Origin: a bacterium
Lineage (GTDB): Bacteria; Myxococcota_A; Bradymonadia; UBA7976; UBA1532
Length of the DNA: 64,000 bases
Direction: 5' to 3'
NCBI GenBank assembly: GCA_030427205.1
Contig: JAUHXC010000036.1
Span: 16,185-80,184, forward strand
Each line of letters starts with the position of its first letter. Position 1 is the stretch's first letter. The position numbers and the translations under genes are program-made. This document shows positions 9,297 through 17,960 of the stretch, one piece after another. The notes below the pieces were generated by a model. The model saw only the letters and a list, made by a program, of their open reading frames with translations, had not been told where the DNA came from and searched no databases.

Positions 9297-9820
9297 ACAT
9301 CGTCATCGGTGATTATCTCGACGATCTGACCCTCGATACGCAGCTCGAGCTCAACTTCCACCCCGAAGAGTTCCCGGTGCACTGGCGGCGGGCCGCGCTG
9401 ACCGCCGACTTCGCCGCGAGCTGGTTCGGCAACGTCGGCGACGGGGTGGCCGACGCGATCAGCTACGCGCTCAACGAGCTGGTGGAGAACGCCATCAAGT
9501 TCGGCACCGCCGGCCGGGTGGCGGTGATCGTGGGCCTCGCCGGCGACGAGCTGGTGATGCGGGTCTCCAACCGGCTGCCGCACAAGGACGTGCCCGCCCT
9601 GCGCGCGCTGCTCGAAGAGATGGTCAGCGAGGATCCGTGGGAGCTCATCGTCAAGCGGGTGGAGGCCAACGCCGCCGATCCGGAGAGCAGCCGCTCGGGG
9701 CTGGGATTTCTGACGCTGCTGACCGACTATGACGCCCGGCTCGGCTGGCGCGTGGCCCACGACACCGAGACCCACGCGTGCCTGCACACCCTCGTACGCC
9801 TCAAGACGAATGAAGGATGA
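9293..9820 (+). CDS. SiaB/RsbW-like small GHKL serine kinase (anti-sigma-factor-type HATPase)
   Basis: GTG 9293 after GAGGAGG, overlapping the upstream stop. Canonical N-box ALNELVENAIKFG. 175 aa. Confidence 0.75.
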   Translation: MNIVIGDYLDDLTLDTQLELNFHPEEFPVHWRRAALTADFAASWFGNVGDGVADAISYALNELVENAIKFGTAGRVAVIVGLAGDELVMRVSNRLPHKDVPALRALLEEMVSEDPWELIVKRVEANAADPESSRSGLGFLTLLTDYDARLGWRVAHDTETHACLHTLVRLKTNEG

Positions 9821-10178
9821 CCCGATGAGCAGCCCCCTGGAGATCAAGGACGCCGGTTACCGGGTCTGGTACGACGCCGCCCAGCAGACCGTGTGGTTCG
9901 AGGGCACCCTGCGCCTCAGCACCGGCGAGTTCGCCCCGATCTCGGGCCTGCTCACGACGGTCATCGAGGCGGCCCCCGCCGCGCTGACCCTCGACATGCG
10001 CGGGCTGCGCTTCCTCAACAGCTCGGGCATCAACATGCTCTACAAGTTCGCGATCTCGCTGCGAAAGCGCGGCGACATCCAGCTCGTCGTGCGCGCCGCG
10101 AAGGACATCGGCTGGCAGACGAAGTCGCTGCCCAACCTCAAGCGCTTCCTGCCGCGGGTCGAGATCGAGGTCGGCTGA
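9810..10178 (+). CDS. SiaC-like (DUF1987/STAS-fold) small partner-switch target protein
   Basis: ATG 9810 overlaps the kinase stop (9818-9820); alternative ATG at 9825. About 120 aa with LRFLNSSGINMLYKF, which I recall as resembling the SiaC family. Strong GC3 bias. Confidence 0.6.
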   Translation: MKDDPMSSPLEIKDAGYRVWYDAAQQTVWFEGTLRLSTGEFAPISGLLTTVIEAAPAALTLDMRGLRFLNSSGINMLYKFAISLRKRGDIQLVVRAAKDIGWQTKSLPNLKRFLPRVEIEVG

Positions 10179-10229
10179 TCGCGGTCGGCCGATCGCGGTC
10201 GGCCGATCGAGGCCGCGCGGCCCCGGCGC
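10179..10229. terminator. intergenic direct repeat + GC palindrome between convergent genes (possible bidirectional terminator)
   Basis: gatcgcggtcggcc is repeated twice in tandem (10177-10204), followed by the perfect palindrome ggccgcgcggcc (10211-10222). No U-tract, so the call is weak. Confidence 0.25.
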
Positions 10230-13200
10230 TCAGTCGGGGCAGACGTCGGCGACGCCCGCCGGGCCCGGTGAGGCGGCCGCGCCGGCCAGGTTGCGCACGA
10301 ACTGGCCGATGACCGCCTCTTCGGCGGCGTCGGCGTAGCTGCCGCCGTTCATCAACAGCGTGCCGCCGCAGCGCGTCACCCGCAGCGTGCTGACGATCTC
10401 GCCGCCGACGGGGCTCTGGCTGGTGGTCACCACCCGCCCCGGCGGCTGCCCGTCGAAGCGCGGCCAGACGAAGTAGGCCGGGCCGCGCTGACCGACGATG
10501 GCCGCCGGCAGGCTGCGCACGATCGGATCACCCAGCCCGTCGGGCTGCACGTCGAAGCTCTGCAAGCCGTCGAGGCCGCCGCCGCCGACGGTCATCGGCA
10601 GCCAGCCCCAGGGGTCGGGCGCGCCGAGGCGCAGCGTGAAGTCGAGGTCGTAGCCGGTCGCGAGCAGCGCCGCGCCGTCGAACTCGGTGACCAGCGCGCC
10701 GCCGCCGCGCACGAACGCGTCGAGCGCCGGCTCGGCGTCGGCGGGCAGCGCGGCCCAGGCGTCCGACCAGCGGCCGAGGAAGATCACGTCGAAGCGGGCG
10801 AGGTCGCCGAGGTCGTCTGCGAGCAGCTCGACGGCGAAGCCGCTGTCGGCCAGCGGCGTCGCCAGCTGCGCCGGCCCCAGCAGGCCCACCCGGCCCAGCG
10901 GCGTCTGCCGCGGCGGCCGGACCCAGACCTGCCAGCCGGTCTCCTCGCCGACGGCGCCGGTGCCGCAGCGGGGCTCGCCGTCGAAGAGGCCCCACGCGGT
11001 CGGGCTGGCCGGCGCCTCGAGGCCGCGGCCGTCGAAGTCGACGGCGAAGTCGTCCATCGACCCGCAGGCGTCCTCGCCTTCGAGCCAGTCGCCGTCGGGG
11101 TGCAGCCGCCCCTGGCCCCGCGCCCGCACCGCGCCGGTGGACAGGTCGCGGCGGATGGCCGGCCGCTCGAGGGCGCCGGCCCCGTCGGCCTCGCTGAAGC
11201 AGCTGTCCCGGTCGGACCCGGCGGTGATCGTGCGGTACCAGGGCACGTCGTAGAAGACGATGTCCACCGCCGGGCCCTCGGCGTTCACCGCGCCGCAGGT
11301 GAAGCGGATGTCGTGGCGCAGCCCCAGCGGGCGCAGGCCCGGCCAGACGCCGCTGCGGGCCTCGGTGGGCAGCGGGCCCTGCAGATCGGTGTGCCACGCC
11401 GTGCGCTGGTCGGGCGGCGGCGCCCCGCGGCTGTTGGCCACCAGCGCCCAGCCGCCGCCGTCGGTGGCCATGTCGCACCACACGCTGTGCGGCGCGTCGT
11501 CGGGGTCCACCAACAGGTAGACGCCGGACTCGCCGCCCGCCCGCCGGGCGTCCTCGCAGCTGGGGTAGACCTCGCACGAGGCGACCTCGTCCACCGCGCC
11601 GTCGCAGTCGTTGTCGACGGCGTCGCACAGCTCGGCCGCCGGCGCGTCGGGCACGGCGTCGCAGCGCGCGCCGCCATTGTCGTCGCAGACCCACACCGCC
11701 TCGCGGGCGCAGCCGCCGACCCCGACGCTGCAGGGCTCGCCCAGCGGGAAGTCCTCGTCGGCGGCGCCGTCGCAGTCCTGGTCTTCGCCGTCGCAGAGCT
11801 CGTCGGTCGGCTGGCCGGGCTCGCCGACGCAGACCAGCGCGCCGCCGTCGCCGCAGGCCTGCCGGCCGTCCCGGGCGCAGAGCCCGATACCGATGGCGCA
11901 GCGCCGGCCGACGCCCTCGACCTCGTCGACGTCGCCGTCGCAGTCGTCATCGACGTCGTTGCACACCTCGACCTGCCGCTCGCCCGGCACGGCGCCGCAC
12001 GTCAGGCCGCCGTTGCCGTCGCAGACGAACTCGCCCCGGGCGCGGCAGGCGCCGACGCCCACCTCGCACGCCGCGCCGAGCGGAAACTCCTCGTCGACGG
12101 CCCCGTCGCAGTCGTTGTCGAGCATGTCGCAGCGCTCGTCCTGCGCCTCGCCGGCCACCGCGTCGCAGACCAGACGCTCGTCGGCGCAGACCCGCTGCCC
12201 CTCGGTCTGGCACTCGCCGATACCGGCCGAGCACGGGCTGCCCACCGCGAAGCCCTCGTCGGTGGTGCCGTCGCAGTCGTCGTCGATGCCGTTGCACACC
12301 TCCCGCACCGGCGCCCCCGGCTCGGCGGAGCAGACCGCCGGCCCGTCGTCGCCGCAGATGCCTTCGCCGACCCGCAGGCAGGCGCCGACGCCCACCTCGC
12401 ACGGGTCGCCGACCAGCAGCCCTTCGTCGGGCGCGCCGTCGCAGTCGTCGTCGACGCCGTTGCACACCTCGTCCCGCGGGTCGCCGGGCACCGCGCCGCA
12501 GACCACCGTGTCGCGCGGTCCGCAGACGGTCACCCCGTCGGTGCGGCAGGCGCCCTCGCCCTCTTCGCACGGCTCGCCGAGCGCGAAGCCCTCGTCGATC
12601 AGGCCGTCGCAGTCGTCGTCGCCGCCGTTGCACGCCTCGTCCTGCCGCGGCTGCTCGTCGAGCGCGCCGTCGCAGTCGTCGTCGAGCCCGTTGCAGACCT
12701 CGGCCGTGGGCGCGCCGGGGGTCGCGTCGCACGCCCCCACGCCGTCGATGCAGCGGATGGTGCCTTCGCGGGCGCAGCCGCCGTCGCCCGCGGTGCACAG
12801 CGCGCCGACGCCGAAGACCTCGTCGACCGCGCCATCGCAGTCGTCGTCGAGCCCGTTGCAGACCTCGTCGGTGGCCGGGGTATCCGGGGCGCAGACCGGC
12901 GCGCCGGCCTCGCAGATCCGACGCCCGGCCGCGCAGACCCCCGGCAGCCCGGTGCCGCACGCCCGCCCCACGTCGGTGGGCATCTCGTCCACCGGGCCGT
13001 CGCAGTCGTCGTCGACGCCGTTGCAGACCTCTTCGCCGGGCAGGCCCGCCTCGGCGCCGCACACCATGCGCCCGCCCTGGCACAGCGCCTGCCCGTCGGA
13101 GCGGCAGGCGCCGGCGCCCGCGACGCACGGGGTCGGCGCGATGTCTTCGTCGGTGGCCCCGTCGCAGTCGTCGTCGACGCCGTTGCACATCTCGGGGGGC

Positions 13201-13625
13201 ATCTCTCCGGCGATGGGCGTGCAGACCAGCCGCATCGTCGGGCCGTCGCAGCGGCGGATCCCGGGCGCCCGGCAGGTGCCGCGGATGAACTCGCACTCGT
13301 CGCCGACGCCCTCGACGTCTTCGTCGATGCGCCCGTCGCAGTCCTGGTCGGCGTCGTCGCAGACCTCCGGATCGGCCGCGCACGGTTCGAAGACGCCGTC
13401 GACGCACCGCTGGCTGCCGGTGCAGCCGTCTTCGACGACGCACGGCCGGCTCTGCCCCGCGCGGCACGGCGGATCACCCATCGCGTCGGGTCCTTCGTCG
13501 ACGACCGGCGCGCCGCCGTCGGCCGCGGGGCCCTGATCGGGCTCGCAGGCGACGAGCGCCACGCCCAGTATCAAGGCGATTCGGAGCGGATGGTCCACGC
13601 CTCGAAGATGGATCGGTTCGTACAT
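10230..13625 (-). CDS. giant lipoprotein: about 17 MopE-type putative metal-binding Cys repeats (CNGxDDDCDGxxDE) + fibrinogen-related domain + C-terminal domain
   Basis: Lipobox ALVAC after the n-region. The repeat ...C.G.G.C...G...C...P....P..EVCNGVDDDCDG.(V/P)DE recurs about 17 times. GVYLLVDPDDAPHSVWCDMATDGGGWALV is the fibrinogen-C signature. Start ATG 13625 or GTG 13646. Confidence 0.85.
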   Translation of the reverse strand: MYEPIHLRGVDHPLRIALILGVALVACEPDQGPAADGGAPVVDEGPDAMGDPPCRAGQSRPCVVEDGCTGSQRCVDGVFEPCAADPEVCDDADQDCDGRIDEDVEGVGDECEFIRGTCRAPGIRRCDGPTMRLVCTPIAGEMPPEMCNGVDDDCDGATDEDIAPTPCVAGAGACRSDGQALCQGGRMVCGAEAGLPGEEVCNGVDDDCDGPVDEMPTDVGRACGTGLPGVCAAGRRICEAGAPVCAPDTPATDEVCNGLDDDCDGAVDEVFGVGALCTAGDGGCAREGTIRCIDGVGACDATPGAPTAEVCNGLDDDCDGALDEQPRQDEACNGGDDDCDGLIDEGFALGEPCEEGEGACRTDGVTVCGPRDTVVCGAVPGDPRDEVCNGVDDDCDGAPDEGLLVGDPCEVGVGACLRVGEGICGDDGPAVCSAEPGAPVREVCNGIDDDCDGTTDEGFAVGSPCSAGIGECQTEGQRVCADERLVCDAVAGEAQDERCDMLDNDCDGAVDEEFPLGAACEVGVGACRARGEFVCDGNGGLTCGAVPGERQVEVCNDVDDDCDGDVDEVEGVGRRCAIGIGLCARDGRQACGDGGALVCVGEPGQPTDELCDGEDQDCDGAADEDFPLGEPCSVGVGGCAREAVWVCDDNGGARCDAVPDAPAAELCDAVDNDCDGAVDEVASCEVYPSCEDARRAGGESGVYLLVDPDDAPHSVWCDMATDGGGWALVANSRGAPPPDQRTAWHTDLQGPLPTEARSGVWPGLRPLGLRHDIRFTCGAVNAEGPAVDIVFYDVPWYRTITAGSDRDSCFSEADGAGALERPAIRRDLSTGAVRARGQGRLHPDGDWLEGEDACGSMDDFAVDFDGRGLEAPASPTAWGLFDGEPRCGTGAVGEETGWQVWVRPPRQTPLGRVGLLGPAQLATPLADSGFAVELLADDLGDLARFDVIFLGRWSDAWAALPADAEPALDAFVRGGGALVTEFDGAALLATGYDLDFTLRLGAPDPWGWLPMTVGGGGLDGLQSFDVQPDGLGDPIVRSLPAAIVGQRGPAYFVWPRFDGQPPGRVVTTSQSPVGGEIVSTLRVTRCGGTLLMNGGSYADAAEEAVIGQFVRNLAGAAASPGPAGVADVCPD

Positions 13626-13717
13626 TTCGGTCAAAGAATTACACACATGGTGACATTGTCGGGGGTGTCAGGGTGCGCCATGGGCCGCCCGCCGCTGCCC
13701 GCCTGCGTCCGCAGTCG

Positions 13718-16700
13718 TCACGAACGCGCCCGCCTGCGCGCACCTCGTCCCGCATAGAACCACAGCCCGAAGCGGCGGTCGACCATGGCGCTCGCCTCCC
13801 GATCGTCGGGCACCGGCAGGCTGTCGGGGTCGCGCACCGGGCCGAAGCGGTCGGCGGTGCGATCCCGCGGCGGCCACCACAGGCGGGCCTCGGGGTTGCG
13901 GCTGCGGTCGTCGCGCCAGCGCATCACCGCCTCGATGGGCAGGCGGTAGTCGTGGCGCGCGTCGAGCAGCTCGGCGACCACCGTGGTCAGCCACTCCAGC
14001 GCGACCCGGGTCGGCGGCACGAAGTAGAAGCGCTCGAGCCGCGGCGCGGGCGCGCGGGCCCGGCCGGTGACCACCACCCGCACGATCTCGCCCGGCGGCA
14101 TGCCCACCGCCGCCAGCGCCACCGCGCCGAGGAAGCCGGGCAGGAAGTGCTTCTCGTCGGGCATCGCCGCCTCGAGGCAGCGCAGGGTCGTGCGCCGATC
14201 GGGGGCGAGGTGGGGCAGGGTGCCGTGCAGCTCGACCGCCCGCCGCCGCCCGCCGGCCAGCGGCACGTCGAGGCGAATGGGCGGCAGCGCGTCGTCGATG
14301 TCGACGAACTCACCGCCCCGCCCCAGGCGCACGACGCGCCAGGTCTGCAGCGGCGGCAGCTCGAGCGGCTCGAGGTTGGCCCGCCAGGTCTCGAGCACCT
14401 CCAGGTCGCGGGCCCGGCGCACGTCGGCGAACAAGCCCACCGGGGCCTGCCCGGCCAGCGCCCGCCGGTGGAAGCCCTCGGCGTAGGCCGCCGCCACCGC
14501 GTCGGCGTCGCCCGCGCCGCGCCAGAACGCCGTCTGCAGGAGGTCGCTGCGCGCCCGGCGGTCCATGGCCAGCGGCTCGTCGGGGGCCTCTTCGAAGTCG
14601 GGGGTCGGGTTCTCGGCGAGGCCGAGCACGAAGCGGGCCCAGGCCTGCAGCGGCGACTCGAGGAAGCGCTGCACCGCGTACAGCGGCAGCCGCAGGGCGT
14701 CTTCGGCGTCGTCTTCGGCGCCGTCGGCCACCGCGAGCACCTGCGAGAGCGCGTGGTCGGTCTGCGGGTCGAGGGAGGCCCGCAGCGCGCTCAGGCCGGG
14801 CAGGGTGCCGCCGGTGTGCTGCTGCAGGTGCGCCCGCAGCTCGCGGATGCGCGCCGCCCGCCGCGCCTCGATGCCGATCGGGGCCAGCGGCTCGCTGGTG
14901 ATGTCGCTGTCGAGCGCCGCCGCCGAGGGGTCGTAATCGGCCAGCGGATAGTGCTTGGTCATGGCGCCCAGCGCCGCCGGCCCCACGTAGCCCCGCAGGA
15001 TGTACTGCAGCTCGCGCACGACGGGCGAGGGCTCGAGCGGCTCGCCGGTGGCCCCGTCGCGGGCCACGTACGACAGGAAGAGGTGCTGCCGCGCCGCCAG
15101 CAGCGTCTCGAGGAAGAGGTAGCGGTCGCGCTCCGGCGGGCTGACGTCGCCCGCCCGTCGGCGGGCGCGGCGCAGGTCGAGCGGGTTCTGCCGCTCGGGC
15201 GCGGGGAACTGCCCCTCGCCGAGCCCCAGCACGACGACCACCTCGAACGGGATCGCGCGCATCGGCAGCAGCGACGAGACCACCACCCCGTCGGCCTGAT
15301 GCTGCCCGCGCCAGCCCTCCAGCGCGCGCAGCTGCAGCCGGGCCATCTCCCGGGCGACCGCGAAGCCGACCACCTGCCCCTCGAGGTCGGCGGCGCGCAG
15401 CGTCTCGAACGCGCGCAGGCAGGCCCCGAGCGCGACCTCGTCGCCGACGCCGTCGGCGTGCACGTAGGTGGTCACCAGCCGATGCAGGTAGATCGCCCAG
15501 TCGGTCAGGCTCATCTCGGCGTGCGCGCTCGCCCGGGCGTCGGCCACCAGCCGCCGCACCAGGGCCGTCAGCCGCGCCACGTCGCCCAGGCCGTCGGCCG
15601 GGGTCTCCAGCGGCAGCCACGAGCCGCCGGCGGCCTCGAAGATGCGGTCGTCGCCGCTGCGCTCGCCGGTGCAGAACGCGCCCAGCACCAGCCGCCGCAG
15701 CGCTTGATCCCAGTTGTAGACGTCCTCTTCGATGTAGGTCTCGGCCAGATCGGTGCGGTCGGCGCCGAAGACGATACCCAGCCGCTCGCACCAGCCGCGC
15801 CAGCGCTGCACGTCCTCGGCGACCGCGCCGCCGATGGCCGGGTGGGTCAGGACCCCCATCACCTCGTCGAAGCCGAACTCGCCCAGCGGCAGGTCGAGCA
15901 GGCGCTCGATGGCCTCGACCACCCGGCTCTGGCCGGCGAGGCTGCGGTCGATGATGTTGAACGGCAGGCGGTGCCGCTCGCGGAAGATGCTCTCGATGTG
16001 GGTCAGGTAGGCCTCGCGGTCCTTGTCGGTGACCATGACCGCGATCTGGTGGAAGCGCAGCGGCGCGGCCGGGTCGCCGGTCTGCGCGTCGCGGTTGACG
16101 AGCTGCCAGATCAGATCGGCGCAGATCTCGACCTCGCGGCGCAGGTTGGGCGCGGCGATGAAGCGCAGGCTCTCGTCGGCCGCGCCGTCGCTCGACCGCT
16201 CGCGCTCGGGGGCCCGCACCAGGATGTCGCGCTGCACCCGCTGCAGGAGCGTACGCTCGGGCCCCGGCGCCGGGTCGACGAAGCCGGCGGCGAACTCGCA
16301 CTTCGCCAGCTCGTTGAGCAGCCGGATGAACGCCCGCCCCGGCCGGCCCCACAGCCGCAGCGCGGGGGTATCGCCGCTGCGGTCGAGCCCGAACGGGTCG
16401 GGCGCGTCGAGCGCGGTCTGCCGGGCGGCGTCGGCGCTGTCGGTATCACTCTCAGCGTCGCTCTCGGCGTCGGTCAGCCGCTCGCCGCGCCGGGCCCAGC
16501 CGCCGCGCCCGCTCTCGGCGGCCAGGGTGCGCAGGCCGGTGGCGTCGATGTCCTCCCAGAACTCGAGGCAGGGGTTGATGGCGTAGACGCACAGGTCGGT
16601 GCGCTCGGCGAGCAGGCCGAAGACCTCGGCGAAGGCCGGGGCGACGTACGACAGCCCGAAGACGTGCAGCTGCCCCGGCAGGCTGAGGCGGTGCTGCAGC

Positions 16701-17368
16701 GAGAAGACCGCGTCGATGAGCATCATCCAGCGGGTGGCCCGCGGCGGCGCGGCGAAGAGCGACATCTGGCCCGGATCGGCCAGGCCCGGATCGGCCGGCG
16801 CGACGGGCGCCACCCGGGCCCGGGCCCGCTCGTCGAACAGCGCCCACCACAGCCGCCGCTGCCAGTGCTCGGCGCGGGCGTAGTCGGTGGATGCCAGCGC
16901 CGGTCCGTCGCGCCAGCGGCGCAGCATCGGGCGTCGGGAGAAGCTGTACTCCTCGAACAGTCGGGCCACCTCGCCGCCGAGCTGCAGCGCGCGCAGGTCG
17001 TGCTCCACCTCGTCGTGGGCCACCTCGAGGTAGCTCTGCACCGCGTCGAGCCGCTCTTCGGCGACGAAGGCCGGGTCGCGCAGCCGCTTGAAGAGCAGCA
17101 GGTGCAGCGCCTCGCGGTCGAGGATACGCACCCGCGGGTCGGCGGCCATGCAGCGCTGCGCGAGGAACCCGCGCAGCAGCGAGAAGCGCAGGTTGGCCGC
17201 GACGCCCAGCTGCTCCGCGATGCGGAAGCGCACGAACTGTTCGACCGCCCGGTTGGGCACCACCAGCTCGATGGGGGTCAGCGGGTCGGCGTCCTGCGCG
17301 GCTTCGATGCGCGCGGCGAGCGGGGCGACCAGCACGTCGAGCCGGTTGGAGTAGGTCAGGTGCAGCAC
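13718..17368 (-). CDS. recC: exodeoxyribonuclease V gamma subunit RecC
   Basis: N-terminus MLHLTYSNRLDVLVAPLAARI...QLGVAANLRFSLL is collinear with E. coli RecC MLRVYHSNRLDVLEAL...KFGIAANIDFPLP. 1216 aa. Confidence 0.8.
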   Translation of the reverse strand: MLHLTYSNRLDVLVAPLAARIEAAQDADPLTPIELVVPNRAVEQFVRFRIAEQLGVAANLRFSLLRGFLAQRCMAADPRVRILDREALHLLLFKRLRDPAFVAEERLDAVQSYLEVAHDEVEHDLRALQLGGEVARLFEEYSFSRRPMLRRWRDGPALASTDYARAEHWQRRLWWALFDERARARVAPVAPADPGLADPGQMSLFAAPPRATRWMMLIDAVFSLQHRLSLPGQLHVFGLSYVAPAFAEVFGLLAERTDLCVYAINPCLEFWEDIDATGLRTLAAESGRGGWARRGERLTDAESDAESDTDSADAARQTALDAPDPFGLDRSGDTPALRLWGRPGRAFIRLLNELAKCEFAAGFVDPAPGPERTLLQRVQRDILVRAPERERSSDGAADESLRFIAAPNLRREVEICADLIWQLVNRDAQTGDPAAPLRFHQIAVMVTDKDREAYLTHIESIFRERHRLPFNIIDRSLAGQSRVVEAIERLLDLPLGEFGFDEVMGVLTHPAIGGAVAEDVQRWRGWCERLGIVFGADRTDLAETYIEEDVYNWDQALRRLVLGAFCTGERSGDDRIFEAAGGSWLPLETPADGLGDVARLTALVRRLVADARASAHAEMSLTDWAIYLHRLVTTYVHADGVGDEVALGACLRAFETLRAADLEGQVVGFAVAREMARLQLRALEGWRGQHQADGVVVSSLLPMRAIPFEVVVVLGLGEGQFPAPERQNPLDLRRARRRAGDVSPPERDRYLFLETLLAARQHLFLSYVARDGATGEPLEPSPVVRELQYILRGYVGPAALGAMTKHYPLADYDPSAAALDSDITSEPLAPIGIEARRAARIRELRAHLQQHTGGTLPGLSALRASLDPQTDHALSQVLAVADGAEDDAEDALRLPLYAVQRFLESPLQAWARFVLGLAENPTPDFEEAPDEPLAMDRRARSDLLQTAFWRGAGDADAVAAAYAEGFHRRALAGQAPVGLFADVRRARDLEVLETWRANLEPLELPPLQTWRVVRLGRGGEFVDIDDALPPIRLDVPLAGGRRRAVELHGTLPHLAPDRRTTLRCLEAAMPDEKHFLPGFLGAVALAAVGMPPGEIVRVVVTGRARAPAPRLERFYFVPPTRVALEWLTTVVAELLDARHDYRLPIEAVMRWRDDRSRNPEARLWWPPRDRTADRFGPVRDPDSLPVPDDREASAMVDRRFGLWFYAGRGARRRARS

Positions 17369-17475
17369 CGCATCGGTTTCACATACCGCCGCGGTCCAGA
17401 CAAGGGCGCTGCGGACGCCGCAGACGACGGCAGCGCCGCGGTGACACCTGTCGCCCCCGTGGTATCTGTCGGGGT

Positions 17476-17943
17476 ATGCGTTTGAACTGCCTGCTCGTAC
17501 TCGCCCTCGTCGTACCGCTCGCCGGCTGCGGCCGCACCGCCCTGGTCACGACCCGCGACATGCGGGTGCACGAGGGTGTGCTCGTCGACGGCAGCGGCGA
17601 CGCGCTGCGGATCGACCCGGTCGGCGCGCCGGCTCATGACATCCCGCGGGCCGACATCGTCGAGATCGACCACCCGGGCAACGTGGCGCTCACCTTCGGC
17701 CTCGGCGCCAGCGCAGTCGGTGGCGGTCTGATGGTCCTGGGCGCCGTCGCCGCGACCTCCTCTGACGGGCTGGGTTTTCTCGGCGGCCTGGGGGGTCTCG
17801 CCGTCGGCGCCGGCTGGCTGGGGCTGGGCCTGCCGCTCGCGATCGGGGGCTACGAGCGCTGGACGACTTCGACGGGCGTCGTGCAGCAGCGGGCGCGGGT
17901 CTCGGTCGAGCTGGTCCCCACCGGACTTCGGGGGCGGTTCTGA
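17476..17943 (+). CDS. small lipoprotein with Gly-rich C-terminal membrane-like segment
   Basis: MRLNCLLVLALVVPLAGC lipobox. Codon bias consistent with coding. Divergent from recC. Confidence 0.6.
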   Translation: MRLNCLLVLALVVPLAGCGRTALVTTRDMRVHEGVLVDGSGDALRIDPVGAPAHDIPRADIVEIDHPGNVALTFGLGASAVGGGLMVLGAVAATSSDGLGFLGGLGGLAVGAGWLGLGLPLAIGGYERWTTSTGVVQQRARVSVELVPTGLRGRF

Positions 17944-17960
17944 GCCGGAGCGCCTGAGCC

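Noticed and set aside
11100-13757. 885-aa and 641-aa plus-strand ORFs (11100..13757, 11611..13536)
   Set aside because: Antisense/alternate frames of the MopE-repeat gene, whose repeats and fibrinogen domain are unambiguous on the minus strand.
13673-17485. 1270-aa plus-strand ORF
   Set aside because: Antisense of recC, which aligns convincingly with E. coli RecC.
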